37,205 nucleotides of DNA, taken from IMG/VR virus record IMGVR_UViG_2721755652_000006; one strand, given 5' to 3'. Origin of the DNA: a virus (taxonomy: Duplodnaviria > Heunggongvirae > Uroviricota > Caudoviricetes). The notes beneath the pieces were generated by a model. It was not told the DNA's origin. It ran no database searches and saw only the letters and a program-made list of their open reading frames with translations. Every line of letters starts with the position of its first letter. Position 1 is the first letter of the stretch. The position numbers and the translations under genes were made by a program. Below are positions 8,685-20,520 of the stretch, in pieces.

Positions 8685-9147
8685 TCCTCAGCGTAAAGCC
8701 TTCCTCGATATGTTGGCGTGGTCAGAAGGAACGGATAACGGGCGACAACCGACACGTAACCACGGTTATGATGTTATTGTTGGCGGCGAACTGTTTACTG
8801 ATTACTCCGATCACCCTCGCAAACTTGTCACGCTACACCCCAAACTCAAATCAACAGCCGCCGGACGTTATCAGCTTCTTTCACGCTGGTGGGATGCTTA
8901 CCGTAAACAGCTTGGTTTGAAAGACTTCTCCCCCAAAAGCCAGGACGCAGTGGCATTGCAGCAGATTAAAGAGCGTGGTGCTTTACCTATGATTGATCGC
9001 GGTGATATCCGTCAGGCAATCGACCGTTGCAGTAATATCTGGGCTTCACTGCCGGGCGCTGGTTATGGTCAGTTCGAGCATAAGGCTGACAGCCTGATTG
9101 CAAAATTCAAAGAAGCTGGCGGAACGGTCAGAGAGAGTGAGGTATGA
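8671..9147 (+). CDS. R: Endolysin R (lambda-type lytic transglycosylase)
   Basis: 158-aa product matches lambda R over almost its whole length as recalled (…[20 protein letters not shown]…[22 protein letters not shown]…). Confidence 0.95.
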
Positions 9148-9605
9148 GCAGAATAACCGCGATTATCTCCGCTCTGCTCATCTGCATCATCGTCTGCCTG
9201 TCATGGGCTGTTAATCATTACCGTGATAACGCCATTACCTACAAAGCCCAGCGCGACAAAAATGCCAGAGAACTGAAGCTGGCGAACGTGGCAATTACTG
9301 ACATGCAGATGCGTCAGCGTGATGTTGCTGCGCTCGATGCAAAATACACGAAGGAGTTAGCTGATGCGAAAGCTGAAAATGATGCTCTGCATGATGATGT
9401 TGCCGCTGGTCGTCGTCGGTTGCACATCAAAGCAGTCTGTCAGTCAGTGCGTGAAGCCACCACCGCCTCCGGCGTGGATAATGCAGCCTCCCCCCGACTG
9501 GCAGACACCGCTGAACGGGATTATTTCACCCTCAGAGAGAGGCTGATCACTATGCAAAAACAACTGGAAGGAACCCAGAAGTATATTAATGAGCAGTGCA
9601 GATAG
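9144..9605 (+). CDS. Rz: Spanin inner-membrane subunit Rz
   Basis: 153-aa product matches lambda Rz as recalled ([39 protein letters not shown]…). Confidence 0.93.
   Translation: MSRITAIISALLICIIVCLSWAVNHYRDNAITYKAQRDKNARELKLANVAITDMQMRQRDVAALDAKYTKELADAKAENDALHDDVAAGRRRLHIKAVCQSVREATTASGVDNAASPRLADTAERDYFTLRERLITMQKQLEGTQKYINEQCR
9364..9546 (+). CDS. Rz1: Spanin outer-membrane lipoprotein subunit Rz1, embedded in Rz in the +1 frame
   Basis: 60-aa product [46 protein letters not shown]… with lipobox LVVVGC and a proline-rich region; lies entirely inside Rz. Confidence 0.9.
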   Translation: MRKLKMMLCMMMLPLVVVGCTSKQSVSQCVKPPPPPAWIMQPPPDWQTPLNGIISPSERG

Positions 9606-9636
9606 AGCTGCCCATATCGATGGGCAGCTCATGCAA

Positions 9637-9930
9637 TTATTGTGAGCAATACACACGCGCTTCCAGCGGAGTATAAATGCCTAAAGTAATAAAACCGAGC
9701 AATCCATTTACGAATGTTTGCTGGGTTTCTGTTTTAACAACATTTTCTGCGCCGCCACAAATTTTAGCTGCATCGACAGTTTTCTTCTGCCCAATTCCAG
9801 AGACGAAGAAATGGTGGGTGATGGTTTCCTTTGGTGTTACTGCTGCCGGTTTGTTTTGAACAGTAAACGTCTGTTGGGCACATCCTGTAATAAGCAGGGC
9901 CAGCGCAGTAGCGAGTAGCATTTTTTTCAT
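9637..9930 (-). CDS. bor: Bor lipoprotein (serum-resistance lysogenic conversion protein)
   Basis: 97-aa product MKKMLLATALALLITGCAQQTFTVQNKPAAV… matches lambda Bor; lipobox LITGC. Confidence 0.93.
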   Translation of the reverse strand: MKKMLLATALALLITGCAQQTFTVQNKPAAVTPKETITHHFFVSGIGQKKTVDAAKICGGAENVVKTETQQTFVNGLLGFITLGIYTPLEARVYCSQ

Positions 9931-10221
9931 GGTGTTATTCCCGATGCTTTTTAAAGTTCGCAGAATCGTATGTGTAGAAAATTAAACAAACCCTAAACAA
10001 TGAGTTGAAATCTCATATTGTTAATATTTATTAATGTATGTCAGATGCGAAGGATCGTCACTGTATTCCCGGATTAACTATGTCCGCAGCCCTGACAGGG
10101 AAACTCCTCTGCGGGAGTGTCCGGGAATAATTAATAACGATGCACACAGGGTTTAGCGCGTACACGTATTGCATTATGCCAACGCCCCGGTGCTGACACG
10201 GAAGAAACCGGACGTGATGAT

Positions 10222-10632
10222 TTAGCGTGGAAAGATTTGTGTAGTGTTCTGAATGCTCTCAGTAAATAGTAATGAATTATCAAAGGCATAGTAATATCTT
10301 TTATGTTCGTGGATATTTGTAACCCATCGGAAAACTCCTGCTTTAGCAAGATTTTCCCTGTATTGCTGAAATGTGATTTCTCTTGATTTCAACCTATCAT
10401 AGGACGTTTCTATAAGATGCGTATTTCTTGAGAATTTAACATTCACAACCTTTTTAAGTCCTTTTATTAACACAGTGTTATCGTTTTCTAACACAATGTG
10501 AATATTATCTGTGGCTAGATAGTAAATATAATGTGAGACATTGTGACGTTTTAGTTCAGAATAAAACAATTCACAGTTTAAATCTTTTCGCACTTGATCG
10601 AATATTTCTTTAAAAATGGCAACCTGAGCCAT
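10222..10632 (-). CDS. ybcV: YbcV-like hypothetical protein (moron)
   Basis: 136-aa product from [32 protein letters not shown]…; the ORF track shows an in-frame 41-codon upstream extension to 10755; AT-rich. Confidence 0.7.
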   Translation of the reverse strand: MAQVAIFKEIFDQVRKDLNCELFYSELKRHNVSHYIYYLATDNIHIVLENDNTVLIKGLKKVVNVKFSRNTHLIETSYDRLKSREITFQQYRENLAKAGVFRWVTNIHEHKRYYYAFDNSLLFTESIQNTTQIFPR

Positions 10633-10917
10633 TGGTAAAACCTTCCATGTGATACGAGGGCGCGTAGTTTGCATTATCGTTTTTATCGTTTCAATCTGGT
10701 CTGACCTCTTTGTGTTTTGTTGATGATTTATGTCAAATATTAGGAATGTTTTCAATTAATAGTATTGGTTGCGTAACAAAGTGCGGTCCTGCTGGCATTC
10801 TGGAGGGAAATACAACCGACAGATGTATGTAAGGCCAACGTGCTCAAATCTTCATACAGAAAGATTTGAAGTAATATTTTAACCGCTAGATGAAGAGCAA
10901 GCGCATGGAGCGACAAA

Positions 10918-11124
10918 ATGAATAAAGAACAATCTGCTGATGATCCCTCCGTGGATCTGATTCGTGTAAAAAATATGCTTAATAGCACCATTTCTATGAG
11001 TTACCCTGATGTTGTAATTGCATGTATAGAACATAAGGTGTCTCTGGAAGCATTCAGGGCAATTGAGGCAGCGTTGGTGAAGCACGATAATAATATGAAG
11101 GATTATTCCCTGGTGGTTGACTGA
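10918..11124 (+). CDS. ybcW: YbcW-like small hypothetical protein (68 aa)
   Basis: ATG-initiated 68-aa ORF, divergent from ybcV; AT-rich; function unknown. Confidence 0.6.
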
Positions 11125-11288
11125 TCACCATAACTGCTAATCATTCAAACTACTTAACCTGTGACAGAGCCAACACGCAGTCTGTCACTGTCAGGAAAGT
11201 GGTAAAACTGCAACTCAATTACTGCAATGCCCTCGTAATTAAGTGAATTTACAATATCGTCCTGTTCGGAGGGAAGAACGCGGGATGT

Positions 11289-11483
11289 TCATTCTTCATC
11301 ACTTTTAATTGATGTATATGCTCTCTTTTCTGACGTTAGCCTCCGACGGCAGGCTTCAATGACCCAGGCTGAGAAATTTCCGGACCCTTTTTGATCAAGA
11401 GCGATGTTAATTTGTTCAATCATTTGGTTAGGAAAGCGGATGTTGCGGGTTGTTGTTCTGCGGGTTCTGTTCTTCGTTGACAT
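11289..11483 (-). CDS. ylcI: YlcI-like small protein with a ribbon-helix-helix-like signature
   Basis: 64-aa ORF; the segment RNIRFPNQMIEQINIALDQKGSGNFSAWVIEACRRRL fits a beta-strand, helix, G-x-S turn, helix RHH pattern. Confidence 0.55.
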   Translation of the reverse strand: MSTKNRTRRTTTRNIRFPNQMIEQINIALDQKGSGNFSAWVIEACRRRLTSEKRAYTSIKSDEE

Positions 11484-11682
11484 GAGGTTGCCCCGTATTC
11501 AGTGTCGCTGATTTGTATTGTCTGAAGTTGTTTTTACGTTAAGTTGATGCGGATCAATTAATACGATACCTGCGTCATAATTGATTATTTGACGTGGTTT
11601 GATGGCGTAGATGCACGTTGTGACATGTAGATGATAATTATTATCATTTTGCGGGTCCTTTCCGGCGATCCGACAGGTTACG

Positions 11683-11694
11683 GGGCGGCGACCT
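11683..11694 (+). other. cosN cohesive-end sequence GGGCGGCGACCT (lambda-type cos); cosQ/cosB context spans roughly 11640-11870
   Basis: Exact 12-nt lambda cohesive end preceded by …CGACAGGTTACG and followed by the cosB-like region leading into nu1. Confidence 0.85.
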
Positions 11695-11871
11695 CGCGGT
11701 TTTTCACTATTTATGAAAATTTTCCGGTTTAAGGCGTTTCCGTTCTTCTTCGCCGTAACCTAATGTTTTTATTTAAAACACCCCCTGAAAAGAAAGGAAA
11801 CGACAGGTGCTGAAAACGGGCTTTTTGGCCTCTGTCGTTTCCTTTCTCTGTTTTTGTCCGTGGAATGAACA

Positions 11872-12391
11872 ATGGAAGTCAACAAAAAGCAGCTGGCTGA
11901 CATTTTCGGCGCGAGTATCCGTACCATTCAGAACTGGCAGGAGCAGGGAATGCCCGTTCTGCGGGGTGGTGGCAAGGGTAATGAGGTACTTTATGACTCT
12001 GCCGCCGCCATAAAATGGTATGCCGAAAGGGATGCTGAAATTGAGAACGAAAAGCTGCGCCGGGAAGTTGAAGAACTGAGGCAGGACAGCGAGACAGATC
12101 TCCAGCCAGGGACTATTGAGTACGAACGCCATCGACTTACGCGTGCGCAGGCCGACGCACAGGAACTGAAGAATGCCAGAGACTCAGCTGAAGTGGTGGA
12201 AACCGCATTCTGTACTTTCGTGCTGTCGCGGATCGCAGGTGAAATTGCCAGTATTCTCGACGGGATCCCCCTGTCGGTGCAGCGGCGTTTTCCGGAACTG
12301 GAAAACCGACATGTTGATTTCCTGAAACGGGATATCATCAAAGCCATGAACAAAGCAGCCGCGCTGGATGAACTGATACCGGGGTTGCTGA

Positions 12392-12417
<26 letters not shown>
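11872..12417 (+). CDS. nu1: Terminase small subunit Nu1
   Basis: 181-aa product matches lambda Nu1 as recalled (MEVNKKQLADIFGASIRTIQNWQEQGMPVLRGGGKGNEVLYD…). Confidence 0.95.
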
Positions 12418-16098
<3,681 letters not shown>

Positions 16099-16118
<20 letters not shown>

Positions 16119-17417
16119 TCTCCCGCATATTGCCAGCATGGCTTTTAATGAGCCGCTGATGCTTGAACCCGCCTATGCGCGGGTTTTCTTTTGTGCGCTT
16201 GCAGGCCAGCTTGGGATCAGCCGCCTGACGGATGCAGTATCCGGCGACAGCCTGACTGCCGGAGAGGCACCCGCGGCGCTGGCGTTATCCGGTGATGATG
16301 ACGGACCACGACAGGCCCGGAGTTATCAGGTCATGAACGGCATCGCCGTGCTGCCGGTGTCCGGTACGCTGGTCAGCCGGACGCGGGCGCTGCAGCCGTA
16401 TTCGGGAATGACCGGTTACAACGGCATTATCGCCCGTCTGCAACAGGCTGCCAGCGATCCGATGGTGGACGGCATTCTGCTCGATATGGACACACCGGGC
16501 GGGATGGTGGCGGGAGCATTTGACTGTGCTGACATCATCGCCCGTGTGCGAGACATAAAACCGGTATGGGCGCTGGCCAACGACATGAACTGCAGTGCAG
16601 GTCAGCTGCTTGCCAGCGCCGCCTCCCGGCGTCTGGTCACGCAGACCGCCCGGACAGGCTCCATCGGCGTCATGATGGCTCACAGTAATTACGGTGCTGC
16701 CCTGGAGAAACAGGGCGTGGAAATCACGCTGATTTACAGCGGCAGCCATAAGGTGGATGGCAACCCCTACAGCCATCTACCGGGTGATGTCCGGGAAACA
16801 CTGCAGTCCCGGATGGATGCAACCCGCCGGATGTTTGCGCAGAAGGTGTCGGCATATACCGGCCTGTCCGTGCAGGCTGTGCTGGATACCGAGGCTGCAG
16901 TGTACAGCGGTCAGGAGGCCATTGATGCCGGACTGGCTGATGAACTTGTCAACAGCACCGATGCGATCACCGTTATGCGTGATGCACTGGATGCACGTAA
17001 ATCCCGTCTCTCAGGAGGGCGAATGACCAAAGAGACTCAATCAACAACTGTTTCAGCCACTGCTTCGCAGGCTGACGTTACTGGCGTGGTGCCAGCGACG
17101 GAGGGCGAAAACGCCAGCGCGGCGCAGCCGGACGTGAACGCGCAGATCACCGCTGCGGTTGCGGCAGAAAACAGCCGCATTATGGGGATCCTCAACTGTG
17201 AGGAGGCTCACGGACGCGAAGAACAGGCCCGCGTGCTGGCAGAAACCCCGGTATGACCGTGGAAACGGCCCGCCGCATTCTGGCCGCAGCACCACAGAGT
17301 GCACAGGCGCGCAGTGATACTGCGCTGGATCGTCTGATGCAGGGGGCACCGGCACCGCTGGCTGCAGGTAACCCGGCATCTGATGCCGTTAACGATTTGC
17401 TGAACACACCAGTGTAA
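16099..17417 (+). pseudogene. C: Prohead protease C with nested scaffold Nu3 region; reading frame broken about 54 codons before the end (N-terminal frame stops at 17254-17256, C-terminal 54 codons continue in another frame to 17415-17417)
   Basis: GTG start at 16099 overlaps the B 3' end by 20 nt as in lambda; 16099..17417 is 1319 nt, not a multiple of 3; frame switch localises to the CCCC run at 17246-17249. Confidence 0.6.
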
Positions 17418-17426
17418 GGGATGTTT

Positions 17427-17759
17427 ATGACGAGCAAAGAAACCTTTACCCATTACCAGCCGCTGGGCAACAGTGACCCGGCTCATACCGCAACCGCGCC
17501 CGGCGGATTGAGTGCGAAAGCGCCTGCAATGACCCCGCTGATGCTGGACACCTCCAGCCGTAAGCTGGTTGCGTGGGATGGCACCACCGACGGTGCTGCC
17601 GTTGGCATTCTTGCGGTTGCTGCTGACCAGACCAGCACCACGCTGACGTTCTACAAGTCCGGCACGTTCCGTTATGAGGATGTGCTCTGGCCGGAGGCTG
17701 CCAGCGACGAGACGAAAAAACGGACCGCGTTTGCCGGAACGGCAATCAGCATCGTTTAA
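17427..17759 (+). CDS. D: Head decoration protein D
   Basis: 110-aa product [41 protein letters not shown]… matches lambda gpD; the ORF track starts 2 codons upstream at 17421. Confidence 0.93.
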   Translation: MTSKETFTHYQPLGNSDPAHTATAPGGLSAKAPAMTPLMLDTSSRKLVAWDGTTDGAAVGILAVAADQTSTTLTFYKSGTFRYEDVLWPEAASDETKKRTAFAGTAISIV

Positions 17760-17779
17760 CCTGACCCTTCATCACTAAA

Positions 17780-17802
17780 GGCCGCCTGTGCGGCTTTTTT
17801 TA
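17780..17802 (+). terminator. Terminator-like hairpin between D and E (GCCGC-CTGT-GCGGC followed by TTTTTTT)
   Basis: 5-bp GC stem, 4-nt loop and a 7-T run directly read from sequence. Confidence 0.5.
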
Positions 17803-17814
17803 CGGGATTTTTTT

Positions 17815-18840
17815 ATGTCGATGTACACAACCGCCCAACTGCTGGCGGCAAATGAGCAGAAATTTAAGTTTGATCCGCTGTTTCTGCGTCTCTTTTTCCG
17901 TGAGAGCTATCCCTTCACCACGGAGAAAGTCTATCTCTCACAAATTCCGGGACTGGTAAACATGGCGCTGTACGTTTCGCCGATTGTTTCTGGTGAGGTT
18001 ATCCGTTCCCGTGGCGGCTCCACCTCTGAATTTACGCCGGGATATGTCAAGCCGAAGCATGAAGTGAATCCGCAGATGACCCTGCGTCGCCTGCCGGATG
18101 AAGATCCGCAGAATCTGGCGGACCCGGCTTACCGCCGCCGTCGCATCATCATGCAGAACATGCGTGACGAAGAGCTGGCCATTGCTCAGGTCGAAGAGAT
18201 GCAGGCAGTTTCTGCCGTGCTCAAGGGCAAATACACCATGACCGGTGAAGCCTTCGATCCGGTTGAGGTGGATATGGGCCGCAGTGCGGCGAACAACATC
18301 ACGCAGTCCGGCGGCACGGAGTGGAGCAAGCGTGACAAGTCCACGTATGACCCGACCGACGATATCGAAGCCTACGCGCTGAACGCCAGCGGCGTGGTGA
18401 ATATCATCGTGTTTGACCCGAAAGGCTGGGCGCTGTTCCGTTCCTTCAAAGCCGTCAGGGAGAAGCTGGATACCCGTCGCGGCTCTCATTCCGAACTGGA
18501 GACAGCGGTAAAAGACCTGGGCAAAGCGGTGTCTTATAAGGGAATGTATGGCGATGTGGCCATCGTCGTGTATTCCGGACAGTACGTGGAAAACGGCGTC
18601 AAAAAGAACTTCCTGCCGGACAACACGATGGTGCTGGGGAACACTCAGGCACGCGGTCTGCGCACCTATGGCTGCATTCAGGATGCGGACGCACAGCGCG
18701 AAGGCATTAACGCCTCTGCCCGTTACCCGAAAAACTGGGTGACCACCGGCGATCCGGCGCGTGAGTTCACCATGATTCAGTCAGCACCGCTGATGCTGCT
18801 GGCTGACCCTGATGAGTTCGTGTCCGTACAACTGGCGTAA
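17815..18840 (+). CDS. E: Major capsid protein E
   Basis: 341-aa product from MSMYTTAQLLAANEQKFKFDPLFLRLFFRESYPF… matches lambda gpE; the ORF-track start at 17788 is an upstream extension. Confidence 0.95.
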   Translation: MSMYTTAQLLAANEQKFKFDPLFLRLFFRESYPFTTEKVYLSQIPGLVNMALYVSPIVSGEVIRSRGGSTSEFTPGYVKPKHEVNPQMTLRRLPDEDPQNLADPAYRRRRIIMQNMRDEELAIAQVEEMQAVSAVLKGKYTMTGEAFDPVEVDMGRSAANNITQSGGTEWSKRDKSTYDPTDDIEAYALNASGVVNIIVFDPKGWALFRSFKAVREKLDTRRGSHSELETAVKDLGKAVSYKGMYGDVAIVVYSGQYVENGVKKNFLPDNTMVLGNTQARGLRTYGCIQDADAQREGINASARYPKNWVTTGDPAREFTMIQSAPLMLLADPDEFVSVQLA

Positions 18841-18842
18841 TC

Positions 18843-18869
18843 ATGGCCCTTCGGGGCCATTGTTTTTCT
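18843..18869 (+). terminator. Hairpin ATGGCCC-TTCG-GGGCCAT followed by TGTTTTTCT (partial terminator after the capsid gene)
   Basis: Perfect 7-bp stem with a UUCG tetraloop and a downstream U-rich tract. Confidence 0.5.
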
Positions 18870-18881
18870 GTGGAGGAGTCC

Positions 18882-19280
18882 ATGACGAAAGATGAACTGA
18901 TTGCCCGTCTCCGCTCGCTGGGTGAACAACTGAACCGTGATGTCAGCCTGACGGGGACGAAAGAAGAACTGGCGCTCCGTGTGGCAGAGCTGGAAGAGGA
19001 GCTTGATGACACGGATGAAACTGCCGGTCAGGACACCCCTCTCAGCCGGGAAAATGTGCTGACCGGACATGAAAATGAGGTGGGATCAGCGCAGCCGGAT
19101 ACCGTGATTCTGGATACGTCTGAACTGGTCACGGTCGTGGCACTGGTGAAGCTGCATACTGATGCACTTCACGTCACGCGGGATGAACCTGTGGCATTTG
19201 TGCTGCCGGGAACGGCGTTTCGTGTCTCTGCCGGTGTGGCAGCCGAAATGACAGAGCGCGGCCTGGCCAGAATGCAATAA
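18882..19280 (+). CDS. FI: DNA packaging protein FI
   Basis: 132-aa product MTKDELIARLRSLGEQLNRDVSLTGTKEELALRVAELEEELDD… matches lambda FI. Confidence 0.92.
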   Translation: MTKDELIARLRSLGEQLNRDVSLTGTKEELALRVAELEEELDDTDETAGQDTPLSRENVLTGHENEVGSAQPDTVILDTSELVTVVALVKLHTDALHVTRDEPVAFVLPGTAFRVSAGVAAEMTERGLARMQ

Positions 19281-19291
19281 CGGGAGGCGCT

Positions 19292-19645
19292 GTGGCTGAT
19301 TTCGATAACCTGTTCGATGCTGCCATTGCCCGCGCCGATGAAACGATACGCGGGTACATGGGAACGTCAGCCACCATGACATCCGGTGAGCAGTCCGGCG
19401 CAGTAATACGTGGTGTTTTTGATGACCCTGAAAATATCAGCTATGCCGGACAGGGCGTGCGTGTTGAAGGCTCCAGCCCGTCCCTGTTTGTCCGGACTGA
19501 TGATGTGCGGCAACTGCGGCGTGGAGACACGCTGACCATCGGTGAGGAAAACTTCTGGATAGACCGGATTTCGACGGATGATGGCGGAAGCTGTCATCTC
19601 TGGCTTGGGCGGGGCGTACCGCCTGCCGTTAACCGTCGTCGCTGA
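19292..19645 (+). CDS. FII: Head completion protein FII
   Basis: 117-aa product (GTG start) MADFDNLFDAAIARADETIRGYMGTSATMTSGEQ… matches lambda FII. Confidence 0.92.
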   Translation: MADFDNLFDAAIARADETIRGYMGTSATMTSGEQSGAVIRGVFDDPENISYAGQGVRVEGSSPSLFVRTDDVRQLRRGDTLTIGEENFWIDRISTDDGGSCHLWLGRGVPPAVNRRR

Positions 19646-19656
19646 AGGGGGGATGT

Positions 19657-20235
19657 ATGGCCATAAAAGGTCTTGAGCAGGCCGTTGAAAACCTCAGTCG
19701 TATCAGCAAAACGGCGGTGCCTGGTGCGTCAGCAATGGCCATTAACCGCGTTGCTTCATCCGCGATATCGCAGTCGGCGTCACAGGTTGCCCGTGAGACA
19801 AGAGTACGCCGGAAACTGGTAAAGGAAAGGGCCAGGCTGAAAAGGGCCACGGTTAAAAATCCGCAGGCCAGAATCAAGGTTAACCGGGGGGATTTGCCCG
19901 TAATCAAGCTGGGTAACGCGCGGGTTGTCCTGTCCCGACGCAGGCGTCGTAAAAAGGGGCAGCGTTCATCCCTGAAAGGTGGCGGCAGCGTGCTTGTGGT
20001 GGGAAACCGTCGTATTCCCGGCGCGTTTATTCAGCAACTGAAAAATGGCCGGTGGCATGTCATGCAGCGTGTGGCCGGGAAAAACCGTTACCCCATTGAT
20101 GTGGTGAAAATCCCGATGGCGGTGCCGCTGACCACGGCGTTTAAACAGAATATTGAGCGGATACGGCGTGAACGTCTTCCGAAAGAGCTGGGCTATGCGC
20201 TGCAGCATCAACTGAGAATGGTAATAAAGCGATGA
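19657..20235 (+). CDS. Z: Tail completion protein Z
   Basis: 192-aa product MAIKGLEQAVENLSRISKTAVPG… matches lambda gpZ. Confidence 0.93.
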   Translation: MAIKGLEQAVENLSRISKTAVPGASAMAINRVASSAISQSASQVARETRVRRKLVKERARLKRATVKNPQARIKVNRGDLPVIKLGNARVVLSRRRRRKKGQRSSLKGGGSVLVVGNRRIPGAFIQQLKNGRWHVMQRVAGKNRYPIDVVKIPMAVPLTTAFKQNIERIRRERLPKELGYALQHQLRMVIKR

Positions 20236-20520
20236 AACATACTGAACTCCGTGCAGCCGTACTGGATGCACTGGAGAAGCATGACACCGGGGCGACGTTT
20301 TTTGATGGTCGCCCCGCTGTTTTTGATGAGGCGGATTTTCCGGCAGTTGCCGTTTATCTCACCGGCGCTGAATACACGGGCGAAGAGCTGGACAGCGATA
20401 CCTGGCAGGCGGAGCTGCATATCGAAGTTTTCCTGCCTGCTCAGGTGCCGGATTCAGAGCTGGATGCGTGGATGGAGTCCCGGATTTATCCGGTGATGAG
20501 CGATATCCCGGCACTATCAG

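Noticed and set aside
10131-10349. 72-aa minus-strand ORF overlapping the ybcV 3' end and the bor-ybcV intergenic palindrome
   Set aside because: Overlaps the better-supported ybcV and a structured intergenic region; no start context.
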